Shown here: piece after piece, positions 38,301-51,623 of the stretch
How positions within the stretch are numbered: the stretch's first letter is position 1
How the letters are laid out: the number at the start of each line of letters is the position of its first letter
Origin: Sphyrna mokarran
Lineage: Eukaryota
Assembly: GCA_024679065.1 (NCBI GenBank)
Contig: JAGIQG010000026.1
Location: 18,724,001 to 18,788,000, forward strand
Length of the DNA: 64,000 bases
Direction: 5' to 3'
Position numbers and translations under genes: made by a program
Notes under the pieces: generated by a model
What the model was told of the DNA's origin: nothing
The model's database searches: none
What the model saw: the letters and a program-made list of their open reading frames with translations, nothing else

Positions 38301-39814
38301 TCCCATGCTCTTTCTCTGAAAATATTTATTCAAGATTACCATCTTATTTTTGGAGTTTTGCCAAATTCCTACTCCTAATCTGTTCCTAATTTGAATAATC
38401 ATTATGTATCAGATTATGCAATTGAAGAGAAACTCAATCCCTAATGCACCTGATATCCCCTCACATCCAAGAGGGGTGAGTGGACAAGCTGGAATTTTTT
38501 GTTTTGCTCCCCAGTTTGGGGACACTACAGCCAGCTGGAAAATCCTCACTGTCTCTTGCTTTAGGACTGTTTATCTCAACACGGATTGAGCATATAACTA
38601 TTTCAGTCTTGATCTGTGCACCTCACTGGGGAGTTCCAAAGGAATTAAATACCGGTTGTGGTGTTACACTTGTTTGCTGTCCATTGCTTCCTGGGTCCAC
38701 CATTGGGATTTGTCCACGGAAGCCACTCGTTTTGTTGTTTAGCTTTATAATGGCAAATGCTTGGCTGGTACAGCGACAACGGAACTCAGCCAACAAAAGT
38801 TAGAACAAGATTTCTCCTGCATGGAATTTAGCAAAAGCAGGGTTTTTATTTGATCTGTTTCTAGCAAACGATTTGTCATATTGCACAGTCGATAAAATGT
38901 TACCTGTTATGATTGGCATCCATCAGGCATAAGCACTTCATTAATAATTTGATTTTTAAAATTCATCATGTAAACAAAAACAGGCCTGTTTAAACATGCC
39001 TAGATACATTGTTTGTGCATCGGTTTGTTGGTATGTCAAATTTATGCCCAAGTCAGAGAAATCCTTCTAATTCAAATGTTTTGGTGAACATTTTTGCACA
39101 TCAGTGTGACCATTATCTATAAATTGTGTAATTTTAAATCTTTGGTAGTGTCAGATATTTCCAAGTCAGTTGTGGTATGGTTTATTTGCAAGACACACAT
39201 TCTATGCTGAGCTAACCAAAATCTCCTGAAGAGCGGTACTTATTTATTAAGCTGTGATACTTCACATTATCTACATCAGCCATCTATCTGCAATCTGAGA
39301 CTGTGATACGTGAGGAGCTTTGTGCAATGGAACCACATATTCTATAAGAACTAATTCAAGATTCAGCAAACTGATCTAATGTCGAACCCATGAAACATAG
39401 AAAATTGGGGCAAAAATAGGCTACTTGGTCCATCGTGCCTAATCCACCACTCGTTATGATCATAGCTAGTCCTTTATCGCACCACCACATTCTCATGCTC
39501 TCCCTATAGTCTCTGACACCTTTTAGAGTCAAGAAATCATTCAGTGACATGGCTTGAAGATGGCAGAAAGAATATTTGTCTTCCATCAGTTCATTTTGCT
39601 TGTGTCCCAGAGATGAAAGGACATTGTACCCATGCACTAGCTGATCTAGACACCATGCTGCGTTCTTGGCTTAATGTGTTGTCACCGTTCTGGGAAACGG
39701 GGTCTTGCTACCAGTTAGAATGGAAAATATAAAGGACATTGAAGATAAATAAAGTTCAATAACTGATTCTAGGAAGCTTTGTCTAAACAGAAATTTGTTA
39801 GTTATATGGCAATG

Positions 39815-40195
39815 TTGTGGAGATGCGGCATTGGATTGGGGTAAGCACAGTAAGAAGTTCCACAACACCAGGTTAAAGTCCAACAGGTTTATTTCATAGC
39901 ACAAGCCACAAGCTTTCAGAGAGCTGCTCCTTCATCAAGTAAATGGGAGTTCTGTTCACAAACAGGGCATATAAAGACACAAACTCAATTTACAAGTTGG
40001 AATCAAGTCTTTACAGGTAATCAAATCTTCAAGGTACAGACAATATGAGTGAGAGAGTGTCAAGCACAGGTTAAAGAGATGTGTATTGTCTGCAGCCAGG
40101 ATAAATAGTGAGATTTTGCAAGTCATGGCAGTTACAGATAGCGTGACATGAACCCAAGATCCTGATTGAGGCCGTCCTCGTGTGCAGAACTTGGC
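39815..40195 (-). mobile_element. Penelope-like element 3' terminal fragment
   Basis: Homologous to 24101-24480; encodes KFCTRGRPQSGSW / LGFMSRY and carries the same terminus. Confidence 0.85.
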
Positions 40196-40390
40196 AGAGT
40201 ATGACTTCTTTAAATTTTAAAAGACTTTATTAAGCATTTTAGAGTACACATCCAAGTTCATATTTCGTAAAGTGATCGTGCATTGAGTGCAGCATACTTG
40301 CAGGAAAATACAACACAAGGAAAATGCAACACACAGTTGTGTGTCTTCAAAAACTGTGACCGTTGGTTTGGTAACAAACCCTGTGGTTCA

Positions 40391-41099
40391 GGGCTGGAAT
40401 TCTCCAATTTTGAGACTAAGTCCCACGATGAAGGTGAACATGGAGTGTTTCACACTATGGAGGCTGATAGGGAAGCACGGCAAATTTTTCAGCCCCGGCC
40501 TCATTGATTAAACTGAGGCATTTTGCAGTGTCCTCAGTGGTGGGGTAGGCCTGGAGAGCGAGTCATCGTGTCCAGGGAAATATTGAAAAGGCGCCCAACA
40601 TCACTGACCCACTATTGGAGAAAGAAAGTGGTTATGCTTACAATGCAGTTGGATTTCCACTAACATTCTGAACATAGTAGATGGACCTCCTCCGGGACAC
40701 CAAACCTGGAAGGTCATTTGCAGGTGGACCCTCGACCCACTGCTGTGGTATTCCAGGATGCAGGGTTATGGGCTACCCCCATCCTAAATTTCAGAGCAGC
40801 CCCAAGTATTGTTCAGGTGAGTCCTGACATCCTCACACCATGTTGTTCCAAATGTGTTTCACGCCAGCGTGTTTTCCTGCTGATGTTGCAGAGGACATGG
40901 GGGTGGGGAGTGTCAGGCCTTCATCTGCATCCAATTAACGGGATGGAAATGAGGTTCATGCTGCCCTCTGGTGGCACCAGCAGTAGAGATCCCACTGTAA
41001 ATTTACATTGATGTTAAACTGATTCCTGGGCCTTCCATCACATTCTCCCATCATGTCCACCATTAAACACAAAGGCAGGAACTTGGGAGAATTCTGCTC
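40391..41099. mobile_element. Non-autonomous DNA-transposon-like element with imperfect terminal inverted repeats
   Basis: gggctggaattctcc at the start and ggagaattctgctc at the end. Confidence 0.5.
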
Positions 41100-42269
41100 A
41101 AGGAATCCTGCTAAACTAAAGATCCAGTTAGTTGAAATCGGTGCCCTTGCCTGACTTTGGAAGAGTTGAATTCTTTGCTAATTGTTAGGACATCAATGTA
41201 ACATCACAGACCATATAATGATTTTGACTCCTTAAAATAGCAACTTCAAAGGAGCTCAAAAATGTATTCAGCATGTTAGTTTGTGGAACAAGACGTTTCC
41301 TTTGCATCAGCACTAAACTTGTTCTTGCTAATGCTAAGTTAAGACAATAAATAATCTGACACTGGAGGACATTACTAAGTTTGGAAAGTTGTTTTCAGAA
41401 TTTTGTGGAAGGCTTGCCCTCAGTTTATTTTTATAAATGGTAATTATTTATGGTAATGGAAGCACTCTTATTTAATTCCACTCTAGTAGTGTCATTTAGC
41501 TTGTCTTTTCTTCCCACAAAACTTGTACAAGATGGACCATGGTGAACAATAAAAAGTTTCTTTGACTGAAGTGTTTTATGAGCTGGGAAGATTCAATGAA
41601 AGCTCTTTCACAGGGTTCACTGGATTCAAATGGCCAGAATTGTCATTCATTCACTAATTGGTAATGGATTGGAGAGTTATGGGAAGAAGGCAGGAAGAGG
41701 GGGACGTGGAGCATATCAGCCATGATTGAATGGCGGAGTGAACTTGATGGGCTGAATGGCCTAACTTTGCTCCTATGAACTTATAAGATGTACATCTCAC
41801 TGAACATAGTGTTTAGTGGCAATAACGAGGTGAGTTGGGGGGGGGGGATGGGTCTCTTGCCAATGGTCTAGAGAGCTGGCGAGAGCCCTGTATGTTTCTC
41901 TTCAAGACCCTCTAAGTGCCAATCAGTTATTAATTGGATATCAGTGGGCCTTCCCAGGATCGGCCTGGGGGGGGGTGTACCGTAGCTGCTACTGAGATTT
42001 CCACCTGCCACTCTCCTGAATGCTTAGATTTCACCCTGGAAAGGGGCTTAAATTTCACCACTGCTCAAGAGGATTTATTTTTAAATGATATATGAATGGT
42101 AATGGGGAAAAATCCTCATTTCTCTGATGTTCGTTGAAAATTGGCCCCTTTCTGCATTGTGCATTTGTTAGTTGAATGTATTTCTTATCGTTAAGTTCAC
42201 ATCAATTATGAAGGGAGTTCGCCATTGCTGCATTTGTAAGCTAGTTTTGACCCTGCTAAAATATGACTT

Positions 42270-42526
42270 AATCTGCCCTTCATGAACCCATGGTATGTTT
42301 GATTAATTTGGTGGAGTTCTTTGAGGGCAATGCGTGCGCTGTGGACAATGGGGAATCTGTGGATGTGGTGTATGTAGATTTCCAGAATGCATTTGACATG
42401 GTGTTGCACCAAATGCTGCTGTATGAGATAAAGGTGCATGGTACTATGGGTAATGTATTAGCATGGATAACGGATTGGTTAACTAACAGAAAGCAAAGAG
42501 TGAGGATAAGTGGGATGTGGTTCTAA
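42270..42526 (+). mobile_element. CR1 LINE RT fragment
   Basis: CLINLVEFFE..VDVVYVDFQNAFDMVLHQ..WLTNRKQRVRI. Confidence 0.85.
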
Positions 42527-42795
42527 TTTAGCAAGTGGCTTTATTCAGTTTAATTGCAATTTGAGTCATTTTCAGGCCCAAAAAATATGCAAGCATTCCA
42601 GCTGACCTTCAATGTGCCTACCACAAGGAGTCTACTGGAACCCAGATATATTTGTCCAAGTTTCTGGAATGGCCCTTACAAGTCTGGAGTCTCTTACAAG
42701 TTCAGAAATGGATAGTGGTCAGGAATAGAGATTTCTGTGTTTGAACCCTGATGATCTGCACTCACCATTTGGGCTTTGGATAGAGTCAGCATAGG

Positions 42796-44657
42796 TAGAA
42801 CATAGAACACTACAGCACAAACAGGCCCTTCAGCCCACAAGTTGCATTGATCATATCCTACCTACCTGGTGTACCTCAAGGATCTGTTTTGGGGCCACTG
42901 CTGTTTGTCATTTTTATAAATGACCTAGATGAGGGTGTAGAGGGTTGGATTAGTAAATTTGCTGACAATACCAAAGTGGGGGGAGTTGTAGACAGCGAGG
43001 ATGGATGTTACAGTTTGCAGAGGGACATAGATAGGTTGCAGAGCTGGGCCGTGAGGTGGCAAATGGAATTCAATACGGATAAGTGTGAGGTGATTCACTT
43101 TGGTAGGAATAACAGGCATATGAAATATAGGGCTAATGGAAGGACCCTTAATAGTGTTGTCGAGCAGAGGGATCTTGGGGTACAAGTACATAGCTCTTTG
43201 AAAGTTGGCACCCAGGTTGATAAAGTTGTTAAGAAGGCGTACGGTGTGTTAGCTTTTATTGGTAGAGGGATTGAATTTAGGAGCCATGAGATTATGTTAC
43301 AACTGTACAAAACTCTAGTGCGGCCGCACTGGGAGTATTGCGTACAGTTCTGGTCGCCGCATTATAAGAAAGATGTGGAAGCATTGGAAAGGGTGCAGAC
43401 AAGGTTTACCAGGATGTTGCCTGGTATGGTGGGAAGGCCTTATGAGGAAAGGCTGAGAAACCTGAGGTTATTTTCATTAGAGAGAAGAAAGTTACGCGGT
43501 GACCTAATTGAGGCGTATAAGATGATCAAAGAACTGGATAGGATGGATAGTGAGAGCCTTTTTCCTCGGATGGTGATGACCAACACGAGGGGACATAACT
43601 TTAAATTAAGAGGTGGTAGTTATAGGACGGATGTCAGAGGCAGGTTCTTTACACAGAGGGTGGTGAGGGCGTGGAATGCCCTGCCTGCAGCAGTTGTGGA
43701 CTCGCCTACTTTGGGGGCATTCAAATGTTCGGTGGATAGGCATATGGATGATATTGGAATAGTTTAGGTTAGAGGGTCCACTGGCCGGCGCAACATCGAG
43801 AGCCGAAGGGCCTGTACTGCACTGTAATGTTCTATGTTCTATGTACCAGACCTATCTATAACCCTCAATCCCATTAAAACCCATGTACTCATCTAGAAGT
43901 CTCTTAAAAGACCCCAACGAGTTTCCCTCCGCCACCACTGACAGCAACCGATTCTACCCATCCACTACCCTCTGAGTGAAAAACTTAACCCTGACATCTC
44001 CTCTGTACCTACTCCCCAGCACCTCAAAGCTGTGTCCTGTCATAGCGACCATTTCAGCCCTGGGAAATAGCCTCTGAGAATCCACCTGATCTGTACCTCT
44101 CAACATCTTATAAACTTCTATCAGGTCACCTCGCATCCTTCGTCTCTCCAGGGAGAAAAAACCAAGTTCCCTCAACCTATCCTCATAAAGCATGCCACCC
44201 AATCCAGGCAACATCCTTGTAAATCTCCTCTGCACCCTTTCAATAGCTTCCACATCCTTCTTGTAATGAGGTGACCAGAACTGCGCACAGAACTCCAAGT
44301 GGGGTCTGACAAGGGTCTTATAAAGCTGCAGCATTATCTCCCAACTCCTAAACTCAATCCCTCGATTAATGAAGGCTAGTACATCATATGCCTTCTTGGC
44401 CACATCCTTCACCTGCAAGGCCGATTTAACAGTCCTATGAACCAGACCCTAAGGTTCTTCTGATCCTCTACACTGCTAAGAGTCCTACCCTTGATATTAT
44501 ACTCCTTCATCCCATTGGACCTGCCAAAATGGACTACTACATATTTATCCATGTTGAAGTCCATCTGCCATTTCTCTGCCCAGTCTTGCATCCTATCTAT
44601 GTCTCGCTGCAACTTCTGACAGTCTTCCAGACTATCCCCAATACCACCAACCTTCGT
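42796..44657 (-). mobile_element. CR1-clade LINE 3' portion, split by the insertion at 42867-43843
   Basis: Tail and UTR at 42796-42866 continue at 43844, matching the unsplit copy at 63732 onward. Frameshifted RT ORFs at 43954-44418 and 44409-44684. Confidence 0.9.
42867..43843 (+). mobile_element. Young 5'-truncated CR1-clade LINE inserted into an older antisense CR1
   Basis: GVPQGSVLGPLLFVIFINDLDEG..KFADNTK..WSPHYKKD open to 43767, atgttctatgttctatg tail, tacc on both flanks. Confidence 0.95.
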
Positions 44658-45765
44658 GTGGGTAGTAGGGCAGTGGGTCACCATAACAACATGAAAGCCT
44701 CCAATAAGTATTTTGTGTGAGTGGTGGGAGGGAACAGAGGTGGGGGTGCTAGGATGGGAGGATGGAGTTACGTTTCCTGGCCCTTATGGGGGAAGGGGCA
44801 GAGTGCCCCTCACCTGATGAGACATCACAGGATCTCTCCCCTATTTGTAGCTCTGAGATGGTTACTGGTGAAGATGGGCTCACTTAGACCAAAGTATATA
44901 GATTATTGGGGCCAAACATTTTTAAAAACTAAGCATTGCAGTCATTTTAAATAATTTCTAGGAATTGAACAATTCTAGCTAGATATTGTATACTGTACGT
45001 AATAGTGCAGTTTCATTTATAAAAAATTCTTCGAAGCTTTAACCAGAATTCTCTGACCTTATCAGTGGCTGGAATTTGCCAGTCCCGCTGTGGTGAATGG
45101 AGTATAGACTGAGCGCCAAATTCCACTGGCAGTGGTGGTGAGGAGAATCCCAGCCATCTTTCTATTAGGCGACAGCTAACTGGTTCGTTAGCACTGATGA
45201 AATGAAGACTTCTTGGCCGGGATATTCTAGCTATGCTTGCCCCAAAACCGGAAAATCCCACCCAAGGTCAACAGATTTTTCCATGGTCTGCCTCTCGCCC
45301 GCTGTCGATTCCCGTGGCGAGCAGATCAGGAAAATCCCCCCCCTCCCCTTTTTTGAGTATGATCTATAATGACAAGTTTCCTCACTGATACAGAAACTAA
45401 TTTAAAATGTGACATAATCTCCATTTTCTTCAGTTTAATTCAATCCTCGCACTAGCAAAAAAGGACTGCGTCTTCAGAGTAGCATGTCTCCAGTGGCTGA
45501 AGTGGAATAAATGCTTTTAAAACTATATGAAGATACATGGTGACCAAAGTCGTGCATCTTTTAACTGGAGACTTTGGTTTCCATTGATCTGCTTGCCAAA
45601 TTAGAGGAAAAATGAGCGAAAAGTTGTCTATCGTTAGGTCAGCAGTAGATTAATTGGCATTTCAGATCTTCACAGTCCATTTATGATTCATTCTGAAGAG
45701 GCACTGTTACATGTTGAGAAAGAAAATGTCCAAATGACCCAAGCGCAACATGCTTTACAATACGC

Positions 45766-46050
45766 AGGGTTCACGGTGATACACTGGTTGGTCCTAGGTT
45801 TGATTCGGGCTTGGGTCACTGTCAGTATGGAGTTTTCACATTCTCCTTGTGTCTGCGTGGGTTTTCTCCGGCTGCTCCAGTTTTCTGCTGCACATTAGGT
45901 GGATTGACCGTACTAAATTGCCCCTTAGTGTTGGGGGAGGTTGGGGGTGGTGTTGGTAGGGTGAATGCATGGGGTTATGGGGATAGGGCCTGGGTAGTAT
46001 GCAGGCTTGATGGGCCAAATGGCTTCCTGCATTGCAGGGATTCTGTGATC
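45766..46050 (+). mobile_element. HE1-type SINE (type A)
   Basis: HE1 body and gatgggccaaatggcttcctgcattgcagggattctgtgat tail. Confidence 0.85.
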
Positions 46051-48002
46051 CAGATTACTTTAATATATTTTTGGGGGAAAATAACTTTTGAAAAGCTACA
46101 TGTTAAAATGTTCTCTTGTCCTATGTTCAGCTTCTATATGACCTAACAATGATTCGGCCAACCAAAATTAGGCTTCAAGGGCTTAACGTTGCTATCATTT
46201 GATGATGTTGGGGAGATGCCAGTGTTGGACAGGGATGGGCATAGCAAGAAGTCTCACACCATCAAGTCATTTGATCACTATTGTAGCATTTTGCTTCTTC
46301 ATTTGGAGATTGAAAGTATTTTTTCCATATGACTTGAGAATTTTTTTTCATTAAATTTTTTCCTTGTCAAGTAACTACTTCCAGTTGAGATTCAGTTGTG
46401 TTATTGCCAGGCTAAATGATTCAGCTTTTCAGAGCTCTTGCATTGTCGCTCGATTTCAATGACTGGACCAGGAGTAGAAAATTACCTTCCGAATCAGGTT
46501 GCAGAGCAAGTGGCTAGAAAGACTCTGTATGATAGAAGGAAGTGATTGCGGGTGCATTTTCTTTCACAACGTGCCTCCAGGGTCTGATCGTAACAAGGCA
46601 ATGCTGTTGAGTTTGGTTTGGGGATGATCATTAGATCTGTTGTGGAATTGAAAGCTGAGTGATGCAGTTTGAAAGAAGCTGAATAGAGGTTTCCATGCTA
46701 AATCCTATTAGCATAAGCACTGCTTTGCTCTGTGCGGAGGGAAAGAGAGGGTAGCAGGCACTGCCCGCGAATGGCTAGATACTAATTGTTTCAGCAAAGC
46801 ATCGAATGCAGTTTTGAAATGAAGAATCCATCCCACTGTAAGTATCAACTTGTTGAAGTGATCAATATAAGGGAGGAGGATAAACTTTGATCATTTGTTT
46901 CTGCAATAGATTTTTGTGCTAAGTCTTTAATGGATATTTCTGCACAAACCGATCAGTCCAGAACAATGTTGAATTTGTTCATCTGAGGGCGTCGCTTCAT
47001 ATCTAGAGAAAAAGCTGGAATAACTTCTTATGATGTGTAGACAATGGCGGCATAGATGTTTGCAGATTTACCCAAAAGTCAGCTACTGATAAATACATTT
47101 GGGTGTCACCCCCTTTTTTCCCCCAAATTCTTGAATTCTTATTAGTTACATTAAAATAGTTGTTGACACAATACTGAGAAAGGAGAAGTAATGACTCATC
47201 AGTAATAAAGGTTTTTTCCTAAGTAGTGTTACTGCTTTGGAGGAAAGGTCAGTATCCTGAAATGTTGGGCAGGATCTTCTGGCTATGTCTGCCCCCAAAA
47301 CAGGAAAATCCTACCTGAGATCAGTGGGCCTTTGAGTGGTCTGCGTCTCCCCCTGCTAGCTTTGGCTGGAGGGACAGGAAAATTCTCCTTGTTATCTTTG
47401 GCCCAGACATTATTGCCTCTCCAGCAAAATAATATGGTCCTGCTGAAGTAAATGACAACTTAACTGGCCCATCATATCTGCTGGGAGAGCAGTGAGACGC
47501 ACCTTGTGGTGGGACTGCAAAATCCTGGCCATGTTTCTTTTTCCACAAGTACTGCCTGACCACTCCAACGTTTTCTGTTTCTGCATTTTAGTTTTCCAGC
47601 ACCTGCAGTATTTTGTCTCGTCTTGCTATATTGAGATTTACTTACTCATTCTCGTGCAGAATATGAATACCTTTTCCAAATCACACAGAAAGGTTTCTGT
47701 ACAAAATAATCTCAGCAAAGCTAGCTTAGCACTTTCCAATAATGCTATTAAAGCTCATTAGATCCTGCAGTAACATTTTTCTGGACGGCACGGTGACACA
47801 GTGGTTAGCACTGCTGCCTCACAGCACAGTAAGAAGTCTCACAACACTAGGTTAAAGTCCAACAGGTTTATTTGGCAGCACAAGCTTTCAGAGTGTAATA
47901 TGTAACATGCTAAATGTAACTCTAATATGGCTAATGCATTCATGCTTCGTAAGTTTTTGTTCACATTTTTTAAAAATAATAAAAGGAAACCTTGTTGCTA
48001 CA

Positions 48003-48232
48003 TTTTGATTTTGATTTGATTTATTATGGTCACATGTATTAGTATACAGTGAAAAGTATTGTTTCTTGTGTGCTATATAGACAAAGCATAGTGTACATAA
48101 AGAAGGAAATGAGAGAGTGCGGAAAATAGTATTACAGTCATAGCTAGGGTGTACAGAAAGAACAACTTAATACGAAGTAGGTTTGTTCAAAAGTCTGATG
48201 GCAGCAGTGAAGATGTTTTTGAGTTAGTTGGT
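48003..48232 (-). mobile_element. Rex1/Babar-type LINE 3' UTR fragment
   Basis: Closely similar to 18768-18975. Confidence 0.82.
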
Positions 48233-48938
48233 ACTTTTAAATGTATCCACTGATATAAATATGTTCTTTGTTAGCTTTAAATTTTCTTGCCATAATAGTG
48301 TTGGTTATCTATAAAATCTGCAATATGTATCTTCATGGTCTCAATTTCAGCAAATCCACTCAAAGTAATGTAAAAAGTTTTGAGCCACATTGGGGAAAAT
48401 TAAGACATTCTGGAAACTGTTGGCTATCGATCACAAGCTCTTGCTGAGTGTTCCTTCTGCATTTTCAGCGTTTAGAAAACATATCAAACACTAAACAGGA
48501 AATATTTTTGTTTCCTTTGTAGTTTCCTGTTATTTTTATTTACCTGCTCACCTTTGCTGTGAACTTTCTTTTCTTCAACAAAACAATATTGTTGTTTCTT
48601 CATCAAATATTCTTTTCAACTTGTATCACTGTCCTCGTAACATCAATCCTGGCCAACATGTTGAATAAAATTATACAAGATGCTTGTCTCAAGACCAGAG
48701 GACCTGAGGGGGTTGTGGATTTAGAAAGAATAATTCTGTGAGAGGTAACTATTAAGATGAGGTAAGCACAATCCAGAAGATGTAGCATACATTTTGAAGA
48801 AGAAACATTTGGTAAAGTTTTATATGTGTGAAATTTTTCTCAAGAAAAGGCTAAGGCATTCTATTTGTGATCATAGGCCAAGCTTCTGACAGCCTCCAAT
48901 ATCCATTAGCAAAATCTTCTATTTGGACCTCCATAATA

Positions 48939-49236
48939 TAGAATCACAGAATCCTACATTGCAGAAGAAGGCCATTTGGCCCATCAATCTGACCCAACCC
49001 TATCCTCGTAACCCCATACATTTACCCTAGCTAGTTGTCCTCACTTTAAGGGGAATTCAGCATGGTCAATCCACCTAACCCCCACATCTTTGGACTGTAG
49101 GAAGAAACCGGAGTACCCAGAGGAAGCCCACACAGACATGGGGAGAACATGCAAACTTCATACAGACAAGGCCAAGAATCGAACCCTGGTCTCTGGCACT
49201 GTGAGGCAACAGTACTAACCACTGTGTCGTGGTGCT
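48939..49236 (-). mobile_element. HE1-type SINE (type A)
   Basis: Reverse complement of a near-complete HE1 element. Confidence 0.88.
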
Positions 49237-49377
49237 ACATCTGTCTGTATTGTCTATCTCTACCCATTTGCGGTTGAAACCTCATCCATACTTTTCTTAC
49301 CCTCAAAGCTGACCTCGCCATCTTCCATATTCTATAAACCCAACGTCCTCCAAACTCTAATACTGCATCCTAATTTG

Positions 49378-50380
49378 CAGTGACTGCCCTTGACATCAAG
49401 GCAACATTTCAACTGAATGTGGTTTCAAGGAACCCTAGTAAAACTGGAGTCAGTGGGAATCAGGGAAAACTCTGCGCTAGTTGCAGCCGCAGCTGGCATA
49501 AAGGAGGATGTTTCGCGTGGTTGGAGATCAATCATCTCAGCTCCAAGACATCACTGTGGGAGTTCCTCAGGGTAGCGTCCTAGGTCCAGCCGTCTTCAGC
49601 TGCTTCACTAATGACCTCCCTTCTATCATAAGGTCAGAAATATAGATGTTCACTGGTGTTTGCACAATGTTAGCACCATTTGTGTCTCCTAGATGTTGAA
49701 GAATGCATGTATAAATACAACAAGCCCTGGACAATATCCAGGCCTTGGCTGTCAAGTGACAAATAACATTCATACCACACAAATGCCAGACAATGATCAT
49801 CTCCAACAAGAAAGAATCTAAGATCACATGACATTCAGTGGTTTTACTATTGCTGAATCTCCCAAACTTGAATGCTTGGGGGTTACCATTGACTAAAAAC
49901 TGAACTGGGCTAGCATAAATATGCTGTCGCTACAGAATCAGGTCAAAGGTGAGGAGTGCTGCAGCATGTAACTCAACTACTGACTCCCCCAAAGCCTGTC
50001 CACCATTTACAAGATGCAAGTCAGGGATGTGACGGAATGCTCTCCGCTTGCCAGAATGAGTGCAGCTAGATGCTCAATACCATCTAGCATAAAGCAACCT
50101 GTTTGACTGCTATTGCTTCCACAAAAATTCAATTCCTTTGTCACCAAATAAAAGTGGCAACAATGAGCACCATCTATAAGTAGCAACTCACCAAGGTTCC
50201 GTAGGCAGCATCTTTCAATCATCTAGCAGCTACCTGGGGACACCACCATTTAGAAGTTCCGCCCCAATAAATCATCATCCTGACTCAGAAATGTATCACC
50301 TTTCCTTCAGTGTTGCTGAAAATCCTGGAATTCCCCCCTAACTGTGAATGTATCTATACCACATAGGCTGCAGTGGTTCA
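49378..50380 (+). mobile_element. Degenerate CR1/L2-group LINE (RT region to 3' part)
   Basis: ALDIKATF, VPQGSVLGP and a decayed FADD motif. The 3' part resembles the reverse complement of 58760-59045. Confidence 0.8.
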
Positions 50381-51623
50381 TCTGTAGGGGTGGAGGGAAG
50401 AGAGAGGGGAGGGGGATGTTAAACTTGTGTTAAATGAATTAACTAATTGTTTCTAATAATTTTAGTTAACTGGAAGTATGCCTTTGCTTAGAGCAGTATC
50501 TTCTCAGTAGCTTGTATTCCAGATACTGGGGTCATTACAGTTACCAGGAAATCTGGCATCTGTTTGTTCCCTCTTAATATGACCTTATATAAATATATCC
50601 CAGCCTAATGAGTTAAAGATTATTTTAAGCAGAAAGTATGAATTTGACTACAAAAAGTACTGTTATGTACAAGCCCCAAGAGCTGATAAGAATGTTCTAT
50701 CTTTAACCTTAAATTGAAGCATAATAATTAGACTAATACATTTCAGAACTTTAGGATAGTTTGAGATTTTCTTGAAATCCTGATTGAGGACATTTACTGT
50801 TATTTTAACTATCTGTTGGGATTGCCCAGAAGCTGTTCATGGATCGTTTCAGGCCTACAGCATGATATTGAATAACCTAGGCTGGGATAACCCCTCTCAG
50901 CCACGGCAGGTTTTCCAGCAGGGAAGGTGGGCCTCCATTGGCCTCCGGTAGGATCTTCCAGTCCAGTTGGTGTCAATAACCATTTATGTTGCTTGCCCCA
51001 GTTGCCTTGGGGTTTGAGGGGGTGGGGGGCGGTTGGGTGGTGGGGGTGGTGCCTTCAGAAGAAGTGGAAAATCCTACTAGCAATAAAGGCCAGAAACTCC
51101 CGGTCCTTTCTTTTTAAGAGAGGTGCTCAATATATTCCCCGGAAAAGTATTAGAATATAAATCACAATGGTTTTTGGTGGCTGGAAAGTAGGAAAGTTAG
51201 TTGGAGCAGGGCAATTGTAACAACATGCCCAAACTAGTCGTGCTCAGCAGGAAATTATTTCCCAACTTTTAGAGGCTTTGCAGCTGTAGCAAGTTGTCAT
51301 AAGTCTGGATAAAATTAATCATAAAATCACAGAAACCCTACAGTGCAGAAGGAGACCATTCGGCCCATCAATTCTGCACCAACAACAGTCCCACCCAGGC
51401 CCTATTCCTATAACCCCACGTATTTACCTGCATTTACTACATTTTCATATTGTACTTCAGTAGCCTGCTAGGATTGCTCATGGATTATCTTCATATTGCT
51501 GACCAAGATATTCCAAAATTGAAGAGAAAACTCATGCAAACAATAAAACATTAGTGCCAAGAGCAAAATACTGGAAATCTAAAAGAAAGATAAGGCAGCA
51601 TCTATGGAGGAAGAAAGCAGGTT

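Noticed and set aside
42847-43767. 306-aa reverse-transcriptase ORF as a host gene or a retron-like system
   Set aside because: It is a 5'-truncated CR1 LINE with its tail; the catalytic motif reads FADN and the TTG start comes from flanking sequence.
47927-47954. ATG GCT AAT GCA TTC ATG CTT C|gtaagt, another phase-1 mini-exon pattern
   Set aside because: Squeezed between Penelope and Rex1/Babar fragments, with no promoter-like context; probably chance.
48756-48766. ATGAG|gtaagc resembling exon 1
   Set aside because: Phase 2 donor, out of frame with exon 2.
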